A stretch of 63,873 nucleotides of DNA, filler included, from Octopus bimaculoides (GCF_001194135.2; 7 parts of 7 records of this genome joined end to end with filler, not necessarily neighbours in it), one strand, 5' to 3'. Positions 47,007-60,577 are shown, counted from the first letter of the whole stretch. Translations and numbers: made by a program. The notes: generated by a model not told the origin, from the sequence alone.

Positions 47007-49240
47007 TAGGGAGGGTCTCAAGTATTGGCTAAAAAGTCAAAAAAGGAATGTACTAGTAAAATATAGAATTTAATTGAAACCACAATTTTCGGCTCTTTGG
47101 ACGTTAGTTTTTACCAAACTTGGTGTGCTGACTTAATGTAATAAAGAATCAGTATATCTCAAATTTCAGCTTTCACGTTTAAGTAGTTAGGAGTTTTTAA
47201 TTTATTTCCACTTAGGCCCTACTTTAAGAAATATCCTCTTCCTCTCCTTTTTATTTCTGTGATGCTAAAAACTCTAACTATATTAACTGTTTTTCGGAAT
47301 AGTAGGCTTATCCAACTAGAGTATCTAAAATAATGTCTCATAAGAGAAGTGCTCATGTCACTCAAAGAAACAAAAAAAATCTGGACGCAGTATCTCGTGC
47401 AATTTCAAGACTCACATAGGAAAAGAAGACCTGTTCCTCTAGAAGAGCATTCTTTGGAAAACAACTGCAGGATATCAATGAAACTTCAAATTGTCAGTTG
47501 CTACCTGTTCCTTGGAGGTACCATCAAAGGAAGGAAAGAAAGAACAAAGGAAATTTCGAAAGAAGTAACCTTTTGTGCCAAAAGAAATTAAATTTCCCAT
47601 ATTTATCAATTCAAAATGTACAAGCAAAGGTAGAAGTGCAGAATACCTATGATAAATGTGTAAAACGAGAAAAATACGATTCATTGAAAGGAAGTTTTGA
47701 CATCACAAAGGAAAACGGTGAATGGCTGTGCAGTGAGGACAGAAAGTTATATCATCTTCAAATTGAAAGCAAGGGACAGGTTGGGTATGCAACTGGAAAG
47801 GCAGCCAGTTCCAAAACTAGCCATCCATCCAAAAGAAGAAAAGTGTCCTTAATGCTAACTTCGACCAGAGCAACTCTAGTGTCATCATCAACATCTGAAG
47901 CAGAGACTGAAAATGAATATCAAGAGTCCAAAAAATCAGATGAAGAATCCATGCAAACAAAGAGGAAGTATAGCAAAACTGGAACTACAACCAAGTTAGT
48001 AATATTTTCCAAGCTATCAACCCAAAAAGCAGCAACAGTTTATCAACAATTATCTCAAGATGGAATCAATATCAAGACTCCTTCCCAATCTGGTATTTAC
48101 ATATCGACTATCAAAGAAGATGTTAAACTAAAAAGAAAACGAAGAAAACTCTACATTTAGAAAACTGGTCATTGCATTTTGATGGTAAATGTATTGATAA
48201 CCAAGAATACCAAGTGCTAGTTTTGAAGAATGATCAGAGAGTTAGAAGCACTCCAATTACCAAAGGGAAAAGCCGACACTGTTGTGAAAGGAATAACAAC
48301 TGTTTTAGAGGAATACAATTTATGGAACTGTATAAAGATGATTGTCGCTGATATGAGTGTGAGCACTGGGGAAAAAAATGGCATTGTCATTCAGCTGCAA
48401 AGACTGTTTGCTCAGAAGGGTTTGAAAGAACCACAATTTATTGGTTGTCAGCATCATATACTTGGTAGAGTTCTTTATGTTGTAAAGGATAATGAACTTG
48501 GAGAAAAAAGTCATCTCCCAATATTGAATATACATTTATCTCAGAGCTTCTAAGTAATTAGGAGAAACTCCAGGTTAATTTCAACAATGGTGAAGAAAAG
48601 ATTACTGAATCAGCAGGATGGCGAGATGACATGAAATTTCTATTTAATTTGATCAGAGTTTGTTGTTTCTTTGAAGAAATCGGAAAATTTCCAACTCTGA
48701 GATAAATGTATATTCAATATTGGGAGATGACTTTTTTTTCTCCAAGTTCATTATCCTTTACAACATGAAGAACTCTACCAAGTATATGATGCTGACAATG
48801 CAAGATGGAATTCTTGAGCAATACTAGCTCTTTTGGCATTTACACTTCTACCAGTGAAAAAAGTTTTGCTTCTCAATGTTTGTCAATTCATCTGGGCAGA
48901 TTTTTGGTTTAATGGCCAAATGTTCAATGTGCATGAATATCAGAAATTATGTGGTAGCCTGCAAGTTCATAAAAAAGCATGTTTATACTCTGTGTTTGCT
49001 TATTTTTGTTTTTGTCTTTTTGTATTTGTCTTCTTTGTTTTCCATTTTAAAACTTTTAAAAACCTTCTGAAATGTTTTTAATAACAAGACTTATCTTTGT
49101 ATGTGTGTGTGTGTGTGTGTGTTTGTGTGAACCCTGGCATTTTTCGAATGAAGGATACCAAATGCTGAAATCCTTGGGATTCTTGAATGATTGATGAAAT
49201 GAGCTTATCCATGTTTGTACTTTGTCCTTCTTTCCATCAG
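47007..49240 (+). mobile_element. hAT-superfamily (hATm/hATx-like) transposon, frameshifted transposase
   Basis: 220-aa N-terminal ORF 47498-48160, then NWSLHFDGK...GKADTVVKGI...IVAD..STG..NG...FIGCQHHILGRVL (first catalytic D, second D and CxxH); candidate terminus TAGGGAGGG at 47007; subfamily assignment is tentative. Confidence 0.65.
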
Positions 49241-49280
49241 CTGCTGTGTGCATCTTTCACCGTTACCTTGACTATATATA

Positions 49281-49380
49281 NNNNNNNNNNNNNNNNNNNN
49301 NNNNNNNNNNNNNNNNNNNNNNNNTTAATTAATTAANNNNNNNNNNNNNNNNNNNNNNNNNNNNNNNNNNNNNNNNNNNN
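49281..49380. other. Artificial scaffold linker 5
   Basis: 44N-TTAATTAATTAA-44N. Confidence 0.97.
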
Positions 49381-49436
49381 CCAGTTGCGTGCAGGATTTT
49401 CTTGAATGCCTTACTTAATATGCTCTTCGGTGTAGC

Positions 49437-49481
<45 letters not shown>

Positions 49482-50254
49482 TATTATGTATATATAATAT
49501 ATATATAATACACATATATATATATTGGAGCCTGGTGTTGCCATCCGGTTTCACCAGTCCTGAGTCAAATCGTCCATCCCATGCTAGCATGGAAAGCGGA
49601 CGTTAAACGATGATGATGATGATGATATATATATATTTTATTTGTTAAAAAAAAATTATTTTATGTAGTTTCAGCCCAGAGCTGTGGCCATGCTGGAGCA
49701 TCGCCGTTTCGTTACACCGTTGTTACTGAGAGCCTCCTCTAATATGTGGCACTTGGTGAAGAATAGAGTTTGATGTAGCTACCCTCATCTGCAGGTCTTG
49801 CCATCTGGGACTCTCGACAGCCTTGATTTCAAAACGCCTACATCCACTTTGTGCCGGTTCCTCAGGCTCTTTAATTAATCATGCATTATTTTGCAGCTTC
49901 AAAATGACGATGATGTAGTTGTAAATTTTATAATAGCAGAGAAGGGTGGATGTGATAGACTGGATCTAGCTGGCTAAAGATAAAACAGATGGCATATTTG
50001 GCCTAGATATGGCTGGTCTAGATGTTAAAGGTTTAAAGCTTTGACAACAACATAGCTGTTATCTATCTTTAAATTAGTTTGGATTTGGAATACTCAAAGG
50101 CATTCAAAGCATAACCATTCAGTGTCTTGCTTTGGCAATGGCAGTGTGTGTCTAAGATGACTTTATCCAGTGTGCTCTTCCTTACTTTGCAGATGGAAGC
50201 ATTTTATTTGAAGAATATTTGGCAGCTTTTGTTTTATATTTTTTATTTTTAGTA

Positions 50255-50466
50255 CCGCCACATGGCCTTCGTGCTGGTGCCACATAAAAGCACCAACTAC
50301 ACTCTCTGAGTGGTTGGCGTTAGGAAGGGCGTCCAGCTGTAGACACTCTGCCAAATCAGATTGGAGTCTGGTGTTGCCATCTGGTTTCACCAGTCCTCAG
50401 TCAAATTGTCCAACCCATGCTAGAATGGAAAGCGGACGTTAAACAATGATGATGATGATGATGATG
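50255..50466 (+). mobile_element. SINE family 2 copy
   Basis: CATAAAAGCACC...GGCGTTAGGAAGGGCGTCCAGCTGTAG...GGACGTTAAAC.ATGATGATG. Confidence 0.85.
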
Positions 50467-50569
50467 AATTGATTAAAGTTTTCTCTTTGATTGATTATAT
50501 CCCTATATTTTCATATATGGAGAAAGTGAATAAGAAGCATATTAATACTAGGGAAACTTGAACATTTAA

Positions 50570-50777
50570 CCATGTCACATTCAGATTACTCTGTCAAGTG
50601 TAATGCCTATCTATTCACATCATTTTGAATTTATCATGCATGCCCTGATGGCTTTGAGATTATGATAATGGGGTTACTTATTCTTAGAAGAACATTGTAG
50701 GGTAGGTATGAGAGGCTAGATTTGGCCAGTTTGAATATAAAACAAGTATGGATATGGTGAGTTTGAATGCTAAAGGG
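50570..50777. mobile_element. piggyBac-type MITE, decayed copy
   Basis: TTAA at 50566 and GCTAAAGGG|TTAA at 50769-50781; internal ACATTGTAGGGTAGGTATGAGAGG is the reverse complement of the 844 and 11388 copies. Confidence 0.65.
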
Positions 50778-51016
50778 TTAAGCAATATCTAATAATTTTA
50801 TGGAGAATTCTTAGAAATGAATGACTGCAACAGAGGCTTTTATATACAGGACTGAGTAGTTATGTGTGGTTGAGATGGGGTGGTAGTGGCATTGTTGTCT
50901 TGGCCAGTTGTGACCAATTAATTTGAATGAAAACTTGTATGCATGTACATATATAGTCAGTAAATCGTAAATTTGAAAGAGAAACACACTCTAAGTGACA
51001 GAGCAGTAGAGTATTT

Positions 51017-51174
51017 AGATAATGATAGTTGTGGCCAGTCTATGAGGTTTTCTTTTTAAATACTCCGGGTTTCATGTCCATAAAGCTCTTAGCTGTAAAG
51101 TTAAGCAATTCATGGACGTGAAACCTGGGTATTTAAAAAGAAACCCCATGCACTGTCCATAACTATCGTAATCT
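51017..51174. repeat. Short palindromic MITE-like hairpin (~63-bp arms)
   Basis: GATAATGATAGTTGTGG...TTTTTAAATAC..GGGTTTCATGTCCAT / ATGGACGTGAAACC.GGGTATTTAAAAAG...AACTATCGTAATC. Confidence 0.75.
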
Positions 51175-51611
51175 TAATCTATCTGCCTGTCTGTCTGTCT
51201 GCCTGCTTGCCTGTTTGTCTGCCTGTCTATATATATATATATATATATATNNNNNNNNNNNNNNNNNNNNNNNNNNNNNNNNNNNNNNNNNNNNNNNNNN
51301 NNNNNNNNNNNNNNNNNNNNNNNNNNNNNNNNNNNNNNNNNNNNNNNNNNNNNNNNNNNNNNNNNNNNNNNNNNNNNNNNNNNNNNNNNNNNNNNNNNNN
51401 NNNNNNNNNNNNNNNNNNNNNNNNNNNNNNNNNNNNNNNNNNNNNNNNNNNNNNNNNNNNNNNNNNNNNNNNNNNNNNNNNNNNNNNNNNNNNNNNNNNN
51501 NNNNNNNNNNNNNNNNNNNNNNNNNNNNNNNNNNNNNNNNNNNNNNNNNNNNNNNNNNNNNNNNNNNNNNNNNNNNNNNNNNNNNNNNNNNNNNNNNNNN
51601 NNNNNNNNNNN

Positions 51612-51657
<46 letters not shown>

Positions 51658-52419
51658 TGAATGTGTGTGTGTATGTATGTATCAGCATTGATAATTTTAA
51701 ATCGACTTTTCCACGCTTGCATGGAATAATGTTAAAGAGTTTATGTTTTGGCAAAAATTAAATATATGTTACCATTAAATGCAAATGAAATTTCATAACA
51801 TCAGTGAATTTATGAATTCTTAAGATTTCATATAGTGATTATTTATTGATTTTCATAAATATTTCTTCTCCCTGCCATTTAGAGTCAGCTTATTTTATCT
51901 AACTTTTTTTTCCTAAATGTGTTCTTGCTTGATGTATGTGGCCAACATTTTACTTGTAATATTAAATGGCTAGAATGAGTGAAGGGCATAATAGCTAGAT
52001 TCCTGGCTTAAATCAGATATTTTATTTATATTCTGTTTTTCTTAGTTGAAGTGTAAGGTCATCACATCAATACTACTTGTCTGTCTGTTATAACACAACT
52101 TTTCAACCTTGTAAGAAACACTTTAACCTTTCACATGAACATGGCAATCAAAACTCAATTTATGCAAGCATGTATGTATACATACGTACTGATTTATGTT
52201 ATGATGATGTGTGTATATCTATTTTTGTGTGTAGATGCATTTACATACTTGGCTTCTTATGGTGAATGATTCCCTGGCTATTAGGCAATACTTCAGATTC
52301 ATACAAGCATAGTTACCTTCTAAACTTAATTTTTCTCTTTCCTCCTTTGCAATGTATTACAAAAGTATAAATAATGTATTTTACTGCTTCATATCTAATA
52401 CTCTCTTGTAAAATCCATG

Positions 52420-52770
52420 CATCCATTGAGCTTCTCCATCCACTATTCCGGGTAGAGTCATTGGAGGAAAGTCTTCAGGCACCTTCTGTATAGCGTGCTG
52501 TCAGAAGCAACAGCCTTTACACATTCTGGCTTGATTCCCAAGTGCAACCAACTGAGATTATGAATATTATTCAACCACCTCATTCTTGGTCTACTCTTCA
52601 GTCTCCCACCAGTTGGCTTGGCTTGAAGTATCTGTCTAGTGATTCAGTCTGCGATGTTCTAATCACGTGTCTGCAGTGCTGAAATTTCTCTAAGCTGGAG
52701 AGACACCCTGTTGAATAACATTAGCCCAGATACCAGCTGGAGGTACCTCATTCCCACCACTTGGATTTGT
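52420..52770 (-). mobile_element. RTE/L2-type LINE 3' end (same family on + at ~58545-58705)
   Basis: RQILQAKPTGGRLKSRPRMRWLNNIHNLSWLHLGIKPE...RRCLKT (G.R..GRPR.RW motif). Confidence 0.7.
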
Positions 52771-54716
52771 AATCATACTCATTTAGTCAATATCCACCAT
52801 ACACTTGTAAGAAGAAGAAAAAAAAAAGAAATTATGAACTCTGTCAAAAATGGATGATAAAATTGAAGACCTTCAAAAAGATGAGAGCAAGCATTGTACA
52901 AACTTAATCCTATTATTGTCCAGCACACATCTAAGGACTTTGAATTGGCTGGTTGTTAATAAAATGTCCTATTTTACAGTAAAAAGCAAAAATCCTTGTG
53001 TTGTAGGTGTGCAGTGGAACTAACTGTTGAAATATCATTTTAATATCCACTTTTTTATGTTTGAATGGGTCAGATGAAGTTTATTGAGGCAGGTTTTCTG
53101 TGGTTGGCTGCCCTTGCTGTCACCAACTTTTACTTGTTTCTACATAGCCAGACGTATTCTAACAGAATATTGGAAGAAGTCATCAATTTGTAACAATCAC
53201 ATGATGTCAGGCCAAGTATTCACAGACATTCACACACACTCACCTCCCCCTCACACATGCAGACACACACACACATGGTGGGCGTCTTTCAATTTCATTC
53301 AAAGTGTGTCTTAAGAGATGAAATGTGTGACTATAAACTGTTTGAATAGATATTAATACCAGTGAGACAAAAATGAGTGGAAGTGTGTGTGGGGTGGGGG
53401 TGGAGACAAAAAAAAAAAACTAACTGCATCATGTGTACTACTTTCCATTGCATGTTGGTGACAAACTGTTAAACAGCCTGGAACTCTATTCTCAATATTT
53501 CATTACCAAAGACTTCTTTTAATGTCTGTAATCGCAACTTCTACATTTTTCATATTACTATTCATATTACTATTCAAATAAAGCAGTTGGGGCAGGGGAT
53601 TTTCAGAATCATTCTTTTAGCATTCTGTGGTACAACTACATGCTCAATGGGATTTGTTAGGTATGAAATCTGAAATTTTTCCAAATTGTGTATTTATCTA
53701 TTTTATTTGTGTTTTTTTTTTCTATTACCTGTACACCTTTTCTAAAAAGGCATTCTAGCAGAAATTTGGACTTCAAAAATATGTTAGTATAGAGAGAAAG
53801 TGGTTTTTAAACAATGGTTCTATGCTGTGTATGAATATTTGAATCCATTCGCTGCTTCTGCAATACTACAAGCATTTCTCAGAAAATAGGAAATGGCATT
53901 GAATAGAAAATTGCCTGCCCAACTGCTTTATTTCAATAGAAATAGCAAAATGAAAAATGTAGATTAAAACTGACTGAAAGTGTTTGTGGTGTCATATTTT
54001 ATATCTTTTCTGTCATGTGTTTCTTTTGTTGCTAAGCCAGGAGAAAGGGGTCGAGAAAGGGGTTGCACTCACAACCTTCACTGGTGCCAATGTAATATCT
54101 GGCCATTCTCTTCAGTACAGAAGTTTTTACTTGTTATTCTAGTTGTCTTTCTTTTCTTTTATTCGCTCGTCATACCCTTGCTTTGTTCTTCCTTCAACTT
54201 AAAACCCTTATAAATGTCTGTTCTTTTTTTTTCTTTTTGTTTTTTTCCTTTTGTTTTCTTTCATAACCCCTACTGGAAAACTCTGATATTAAAAGACAAT
54301 TTTCTGCATGAGCTAATATGGGGAACTTAACTTCTTGTCAGACTAGATGGTAGTAGCTTGGGATCCTTATAAAATATGAGAAATTAATGGTGTTGTGCAC
54401 ATAACAGCTCACTCTATTTATGGCTACAACAACTGTAGCATATTTACTAGGAACCTTATCAGCAAAAATATTTTGAAATATTTATTATATAAGTTTGTTA
54501 TATTAAAAATTCTGGGGTTGGTTATGTTGTTTTTTTATTGCCTTCTCTAGTTTACTGCTGTTTTTAAAAAATTTGTTATGAACAGGATTTTCCAATAGAG
54601 ATTTTTAAAATATTAAAAAAGAAAGGACATTGATGTATTTATAAAAGATTCATAATCTCTGTTTTATTTTCTAGTAATATTGATAAAGTATATTATAAAA
54701 ATAAAATATATTTTTT

Positions 54717-54872
54717 GGCTGTGTAGCAAGAAACTTGCTTCCCAACCACATGTTTCCAGGTTCAGTTCCACTGTGTGGCACCTTGGGCAAGTGTCTTCTA
54801 ATATAACCTCAAGCTAACCAAAGCCTTGTCAGTGGATGTGGCAGACAGAAACTGTAAGAAGCCCATAGTGTC

Positions 54873-54922
<50 letters not shown>

Positions 54923-55150
54923 TGTGTGTGTGTGTATTTGTCTTTTCATTTGTTTGTCTACCACCACTGCTTGACAGGTGGTGTTGGTGTGTTTACTTCC
55001 TCATAACTTAGCAGTTTGGCATAAGGGACCAATAGAATAGGCACTGGCCTCGTAAAAAATAAACCCTAGTGTCAATACATTCAACTAAAATCCTTCAAGG
55101 CAGTGCTCCAGCATGGTGCAGTCAAATGTCTCAAACAAATAAAAGAGAAA
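54717..55150 (+). mobile_element. SINE family 1 full-length copy with expanded internal (TG)n
   Basis: TGGCTGTGTAG...GGTTCAGTTCC...CAGAAACTG, (TG)n 54877-54935, 3' domain to AAACAAATAAAAG. Confidence 0.85.
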
Positions 55151-55189
55151 AGATATCAATAGAAATTACATCATTGTTATGTTAATCAT

Positions 55190-55660
55190 GATCATTATCA
55201 TTTTTTAACATCCGCCTTCCATGGATGGGACGGTTTCACAAGAGCTGGCCAGACTGAAGTCTGCATCAGACTTCTGTGACTGTTTTGGCAGCATCTTTAC
55301 AGCTGGATGCCCTTCCTAACACCAACCACCCAGCAGAGTGGAGTTTGTGCTTTTTTCGTGGCACAAGCACAGACGAGGTGAGTAGTGCTTTTTACGTGGC
55401 ACAATCACACGCAAGGTCAATTTTGGCAAGGCTTTAAAACTGGATACCCTTCCAAACACAAACCACTCAGCAGAGTGGACTTAGTGCTTTTTTCAAGGCA
55501 GAAGCACAGGTGAAATGAGTAGCACTTTTTACATGGCACAAGCACAGACGAGGTCAGTTTTGGCAAGGTTTTTACAGTTGGATGCCCTTCTGAACACCAA
55601 CTACTTTACAGTATGGACTGGGTGCTTTTAAGTGGCACCTGCACTGACAGGGTCACCAAA
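55190..55660 (-). mobile_element. SINE family 2 derivative with ~138-bp internal triplication
   Basis: CTGGATGCCCTTCC..ACACCAAC unit restarts at ~55296, ~55435 and ~55570. Confidence 0.75.
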
Positions 55661-55849
55661 TACTTGCAAAACAAAAAAAAAATTGGATGCATGTAAGATA
55701 TACCAGGGTACATAAGCAGGTCAAGGATTAACTAATCTGAAAAAAGTGGAAGTAACCGTACAGTCTGTTTGTAGTCTTTGATTGGTTTCAGTTATTGGAT
55801 TAACTTTAAGAGTTTTATTGGATCATATTGACCTGAGTGCTTATACCAA

Positions 55850-56440
55850 TCAACATCATCATCATGCATCCATTTTCCATACTGGCATGGGTTGGATGGT
55901 TTGACTGAAAACTGGTAAGTTGGAGAGCTGGACCAGGTTCCAATCTGATTTGGTATGGGTTCTATATCTGAATGCCCTTCCTAACGCCAACCACTCCAAG
56001 AGTGTAATGGTTGCTTTTTATGTGCCACTGGCATCCATGCCAGTTGCAAAACACTGGCATTGGCCTCAACTATGATTTCACTTGGTTTGATAGGTCAAGC
56101 ATGGTACATTGCCAAAGGTCTTGGTCGCTAGACACTGCCTCTGTGAGGCCCAAAATTCGAAAGATGCTTTTTACGTGTTACTGGCACAAGAACCAGTTAT
56201 GTGACACTGGCATCAGCCATGACTGTGATTTCTCTTGACTTGACGAGTCTTCTCAAGCACAGCATGTTGCTCAGTGTTCAAAAGTTGCTTTTACACTCCA
56301 TCAGCACAGGATCCACTTATGTGGCATTGACATTAGTCATGACTGCAATTTCACTTGGCTTGATGGGTCTTCTCAAGTACAGCATATCGCCAAAGGTCTC
56401 AGTCACTTGCCATTGCCTCCATGAGCCCCAGCGTTTGAAG
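55850..56440 (-). mobile_element. SINE family 2 long copy with repeated internal subunits
   Basis: CCATACTGGCATGGGTTGGA...GCCCTTCCTAACGCCAACCACTC, then repeated GATTTCACTTG(G)CTTGA...CAAAGGTCT blocks. Confidence 0.75.
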
Positions 56441-56507
56441 AGTCATTTTATCAGTGTCTGTGTAAAAATGGCTAAGTGTATTTTTTAAAAGTAAAGGGAC
56501 ATAATTG

Positions 56508-56551
<44 letters not shown>

Positions 56552-58225
56552 ACACACATTGTTACACACATAGGAGACTGGCTTCACACTATTTCTACCA
56601 AATTCCACTCACAAGGCATTGATCAAAACTGACGTTACAGTAGAATGCAGTTCCTTGTCCAAAGTGCTATGGTCTAAAATGAGACCTGGAACACTGGTTG
56701 TGAAACAAACTTCTTCATTATTTCCTCATTGCTCTATCACTTTCCTTTTTCATATTTCTAATTTCTTTTGTTAACCCATGGTGTTCCCTAGCAGACAATT
56801 AATATAAAGGAGATAACCATTTCATTATAATATTTTTTTACCCCATCTTTTTCTTTAACTATCTCTATCTCTTTCCATTCTTATCTTTGTTTATATCTCT
56901 TCTCTTTCGTTGTCTGTTCACCTCATCACTGTATACTTCTCTCTATATCTGGTACTTATATCTTTTCTACCTAGCTTTCTTCCTTAACTTTCTTGATCAT
57001 ATATTATAGTTATCTTACTCATCCTCTATTAAAGTATCCCATTATATTTTTCTTTCTTCATTATTAACTGCCACAGTATTTACCACCATTAATCTTGTAC
57101 AATCTGTTATGTTCTGATTGTAGGTATAATTTCCATATTATAATTTGTACATTAAAACAAGTCTGTGCTTGTCTTTTTGTTCTTCTTTTCATGCTAGTAC
57201 CAATTTAAATCACTGCATCTTGTATTCTTGGAATATCTTAAGAAGTAAGATACTTTTGGTTGCTTTCATTATCCATTAAATAAAAGTAAGTTTTTTTCTG
57301 TCTTCAACTTTTACAGATATTGTTTGTGTTTACGTAACTTTTTCTTTGTTTCTGTCATAGAATTCATTTTCCCCTTCTATTATTTATAAATTCCAAGAGT
57401 TTCTTTGTTACTTCATGGTGATATCAACTTGAATTTATTGCTATTTAATGATATTAAGGTGTTGCCATTTGCTATGATGATCAGTGTATTTACTTTTGTT
57501 GCTTTAAGCATAAATTCTCATAAATGCACTGCTACTTTTACAACCGTCATAACCAACATGTATAAACCATTTATTAATAGTAACAGTTGAGGTTACAACA
57601 ATGCTAAAACTTTATCAAGTTGAATTACATGTAATATAGCGGGGTTATGTTTATGAGTTCTTAAAGCTACAAACACTGGTAGAGTAATAGACATTTTTTG
57701 GTGTCTCTGGAGTATTTCTTATACACTTGCGTATTAATTCATCCATTACCACTCAACCCTAGGGCAGTGGAGCAGCAAGATTTTTATGTATAAATAAATA
57801 TTTTAGATTTACTAATTTATATATACTATGAATCATTTGATATTTAATATAATATATAATTTGTATAAAATAGTATAATAATATTATAATAAATTCATAG
57901 TATCCCCCCAGTTCACTGCCTCCCTCCCAACTCCTCTGTTTTCTCTAACCCCCTCACCACCCCTCAGGCACCAGTGCCCACCTGGACTGTCTCAATGCCC
58001 ATGGGGCAGGGGAGCACCCACTTTGAGAACCTATGCTCTAGAGTAACATTATTTGACAGGGTGTGCAACAGGTGATCAAGGTGTCTACCCAGTTTGAGCT
58101 GCTACTTTTTTGCATTGAGGGGTCGCAGCGCTAGTTCTACGGACCTGTGATTAAAATGCCACAGGAAAGAAACACAAGACTGATTCTTCAAACCAAGCCA
58201 ACCTGTAGGAGACATGAGTATAGAC

Positions 58226-58515
58226 CAGAGGTTTTCAACCATTTTTATCTATGAACCTCCGCCTTGTTTACTATTTTTATTCTGGTTGGCCCCCCATAGC
58301 CATTTGATGTTTAAAAACTAGTTTGATAGATACTTTTTCCATAAAATGTTACAGAAAGAAACCTGATTCTTGCAATACATACATCTAAAGCAATGTTTTT
58401 TCAGGGGCCCTTAAAATACTGTTGTGGACGCTTAATTTATCACTTTGTTGTATGAACCCCGAAAAATCTTATATGGATCCTGAGGAACCATATGGACCCC
58501 AGTTGAGAACCACTC
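58226..58515. mobile_element. hAT (Charlie-like) MITE
   Basis: TIRs CAGAGGTTTTCAAC / GTTGAGAACCACTC; perfect 8-bp TSD GTATAGAC at 58218-58225 and 58516-58523. Confidence 0.9.
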
Positions 58516-58930
58516 GTATAGACCAAGAACGAGATAGTTGGATATATCCTTTGTATTATCTCAGTTGGTTTTGCTTAAGAATCCAACTGAAAAGTGTATG
58601 ATGGCTACTTCTGATAGAAGCTTATGGAGAAGGTGCCTGAAGACTCTTACTTCCAGAACCATCTTAGGAATACAGTGGAAAAGAAGTTGAATGGATGGTT
58701 CATGATAGGACAGGAAAATTAACGAAGGAATCCTTGGCAAAGATGTGCATGTCGCCTGTTATAATTACCCAAATACACATAGCATGACTGCAACCGCAAA
58801 GCAGCTCAGCAGAAATATTTAGTACATTACTTCTATGTATTATCTGTAGGCACTCCTGCATTCTTTATTATTCCTGCATACATGAAATCATCACACTATC
58901 ATTCATGCTAGAAGTCATATGCATGTGTGC

Positions 58931-58972
<42 letters not shown>

Positions 58973-58982
58973 NNNNNNNNNN

Positions 58983-59023
<41 letters not shown>

Positions 59024-59609
59024 TGTATGTGTGCACGCATATATTCCCAATATCACTTCGGATTTCTTAATACTTAATTAACCATTACTAATCAAAAGTG
59101 TCTCTTATTGTTTCAGTGGAGATTGCTGGAACCAGTTGGGGATTGGCTTTTTGCAAAAGACATTTGGTGACAGCCTCAATGTTCTTACCGATTTCTAGTG
59201 ATTATTAAGATCCTTGCTTTTTTCCTCCTTTTACATCCTGTCACTTTTGTTTAGCATTCAGTCTGGAAATCTTCAATATCTTTTGTCACTTCAACAGTTT
59301 TATGCCTATCAAACTTCATCGCTTTTCTTTTATTCCTTCCATCTTTCGTTTCCGTTATCATAGAAACATTTTTTTTTCACTCTTGCCTGTTCAGATTTCT
59401 CTGCAAAGACAGTATTCTGTAATCTTATCCCATTCTATTCTATTCCATTTATTTATTACTATTATTGTTGTTATTACTGTTATTATTTTTATTGTTCTTC
59501 TTCTTATCACTAACGTCATCATTGTTGTTGGTATTATTTTGTATACTTTGCAAAAATTGAGTGAATATGTGACTCTAGTGTGTTTGCTGCTCTGTTGTTA
59601 TTGCTATAA

Positions 59610-60279
59610 TTATTATTGTAGTTGTTGTTACAGCGTTTTGTCGATCTTTACGTTCTGAGTTTGAATTTCACTGAGGTCAATTTTAGCCTTTCATTCTTTT
59701 GGGGGTCGAGTAAATAATTACCAGTTGTATAATGGGGTCAATGTAATCGACTTACTCCCTCCTCCAAATTTTCAGGCCTTGTGCTTAGAATAGAAAGAGT
59801 TATTATTGTCATTATTGTTGTCTTTATTATTTTCTGTACTTTTCAAAAATTGAATGAAGCTGAGTCCCGGTATGTTTTCTACTGCTGCTTCTGCTGCAGC
59901 TGCTGCTACTAGTACTACTACTATTGTCATTATTATTATTAGCGACAGCAGCATTTCTTTCAGCTCTTTACATTCTGGGTTCAAATTCTGCTGGGGTTGA
60001 ATTAGCCTTTCATCCTTTAGTGGTCGGTAAAATAAAGTACCAGTCAATTACTGGAGTCAATGAAATGGACTAGCTCCCTCGCCTCAAATTTGCTGACCAC
60101 GTGACAAAATCAGAAAATATCATTATTATTATTATTATTATTATTATTTGTGGTATGCTCACATGTTTTACATGCAGAACTAGTGTCCTTGATACTGGGT
60201 CATAACCAGTTTCTTCAGATATCGAGGACCCGTCTTACAATCCTTGCTGTTCCCAATAGAGCAGATTTCTGAATAATTC

Positions 60280-60331
<52 letters not shown>

Positions 60332-60525
60332 TATTATTAAGGTAGCAAGCTGGTAGATATGTTAGCACATCGGGCAAAATGCTTAGCCACTTTTCATCTG
60401 TCATTACGCTCTGAGTTCAAATTCCACCGAGGTTGATTTTTGCCTTTCATCCTTTTGGAATCGAATAAATAAGTACCAGTTGGGTACTGAGGTCAATGTA
60501 ATCGTCTAGTCCCCTCCCCCTGAAA
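59610..60525 (+). mobile_element. Three same-orientation SINE family 3 copies separated by triplet microsatellites
   Basis: TTCTG(A/G)GTT.AAAT...GCCTTTCAT.CTTT.G.GGTCG...AA.TACCAG at ~59650, ~59975 and ~60410. Confidence 0.8.
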
Positions 60526-60530
60526 TAATG

Positions 60531-60577
<47 letters not shown>

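Noticed and set aside
55296-55660. CRISPR-like repeat-spacer array
   Set aside because: The units are degenerate pieces of a eukaryotic SINE with no unique spacers, and no cas genes are present.
59117-59210. Small terminal exon after TTGTTTCAG (EIAGTSWGLAFCKRHLVTASMFLPISSDY*)
   Set aside because: All three frames stop within ~30 codons and no peptide is recognisable; insufficient support without RNA-seq.
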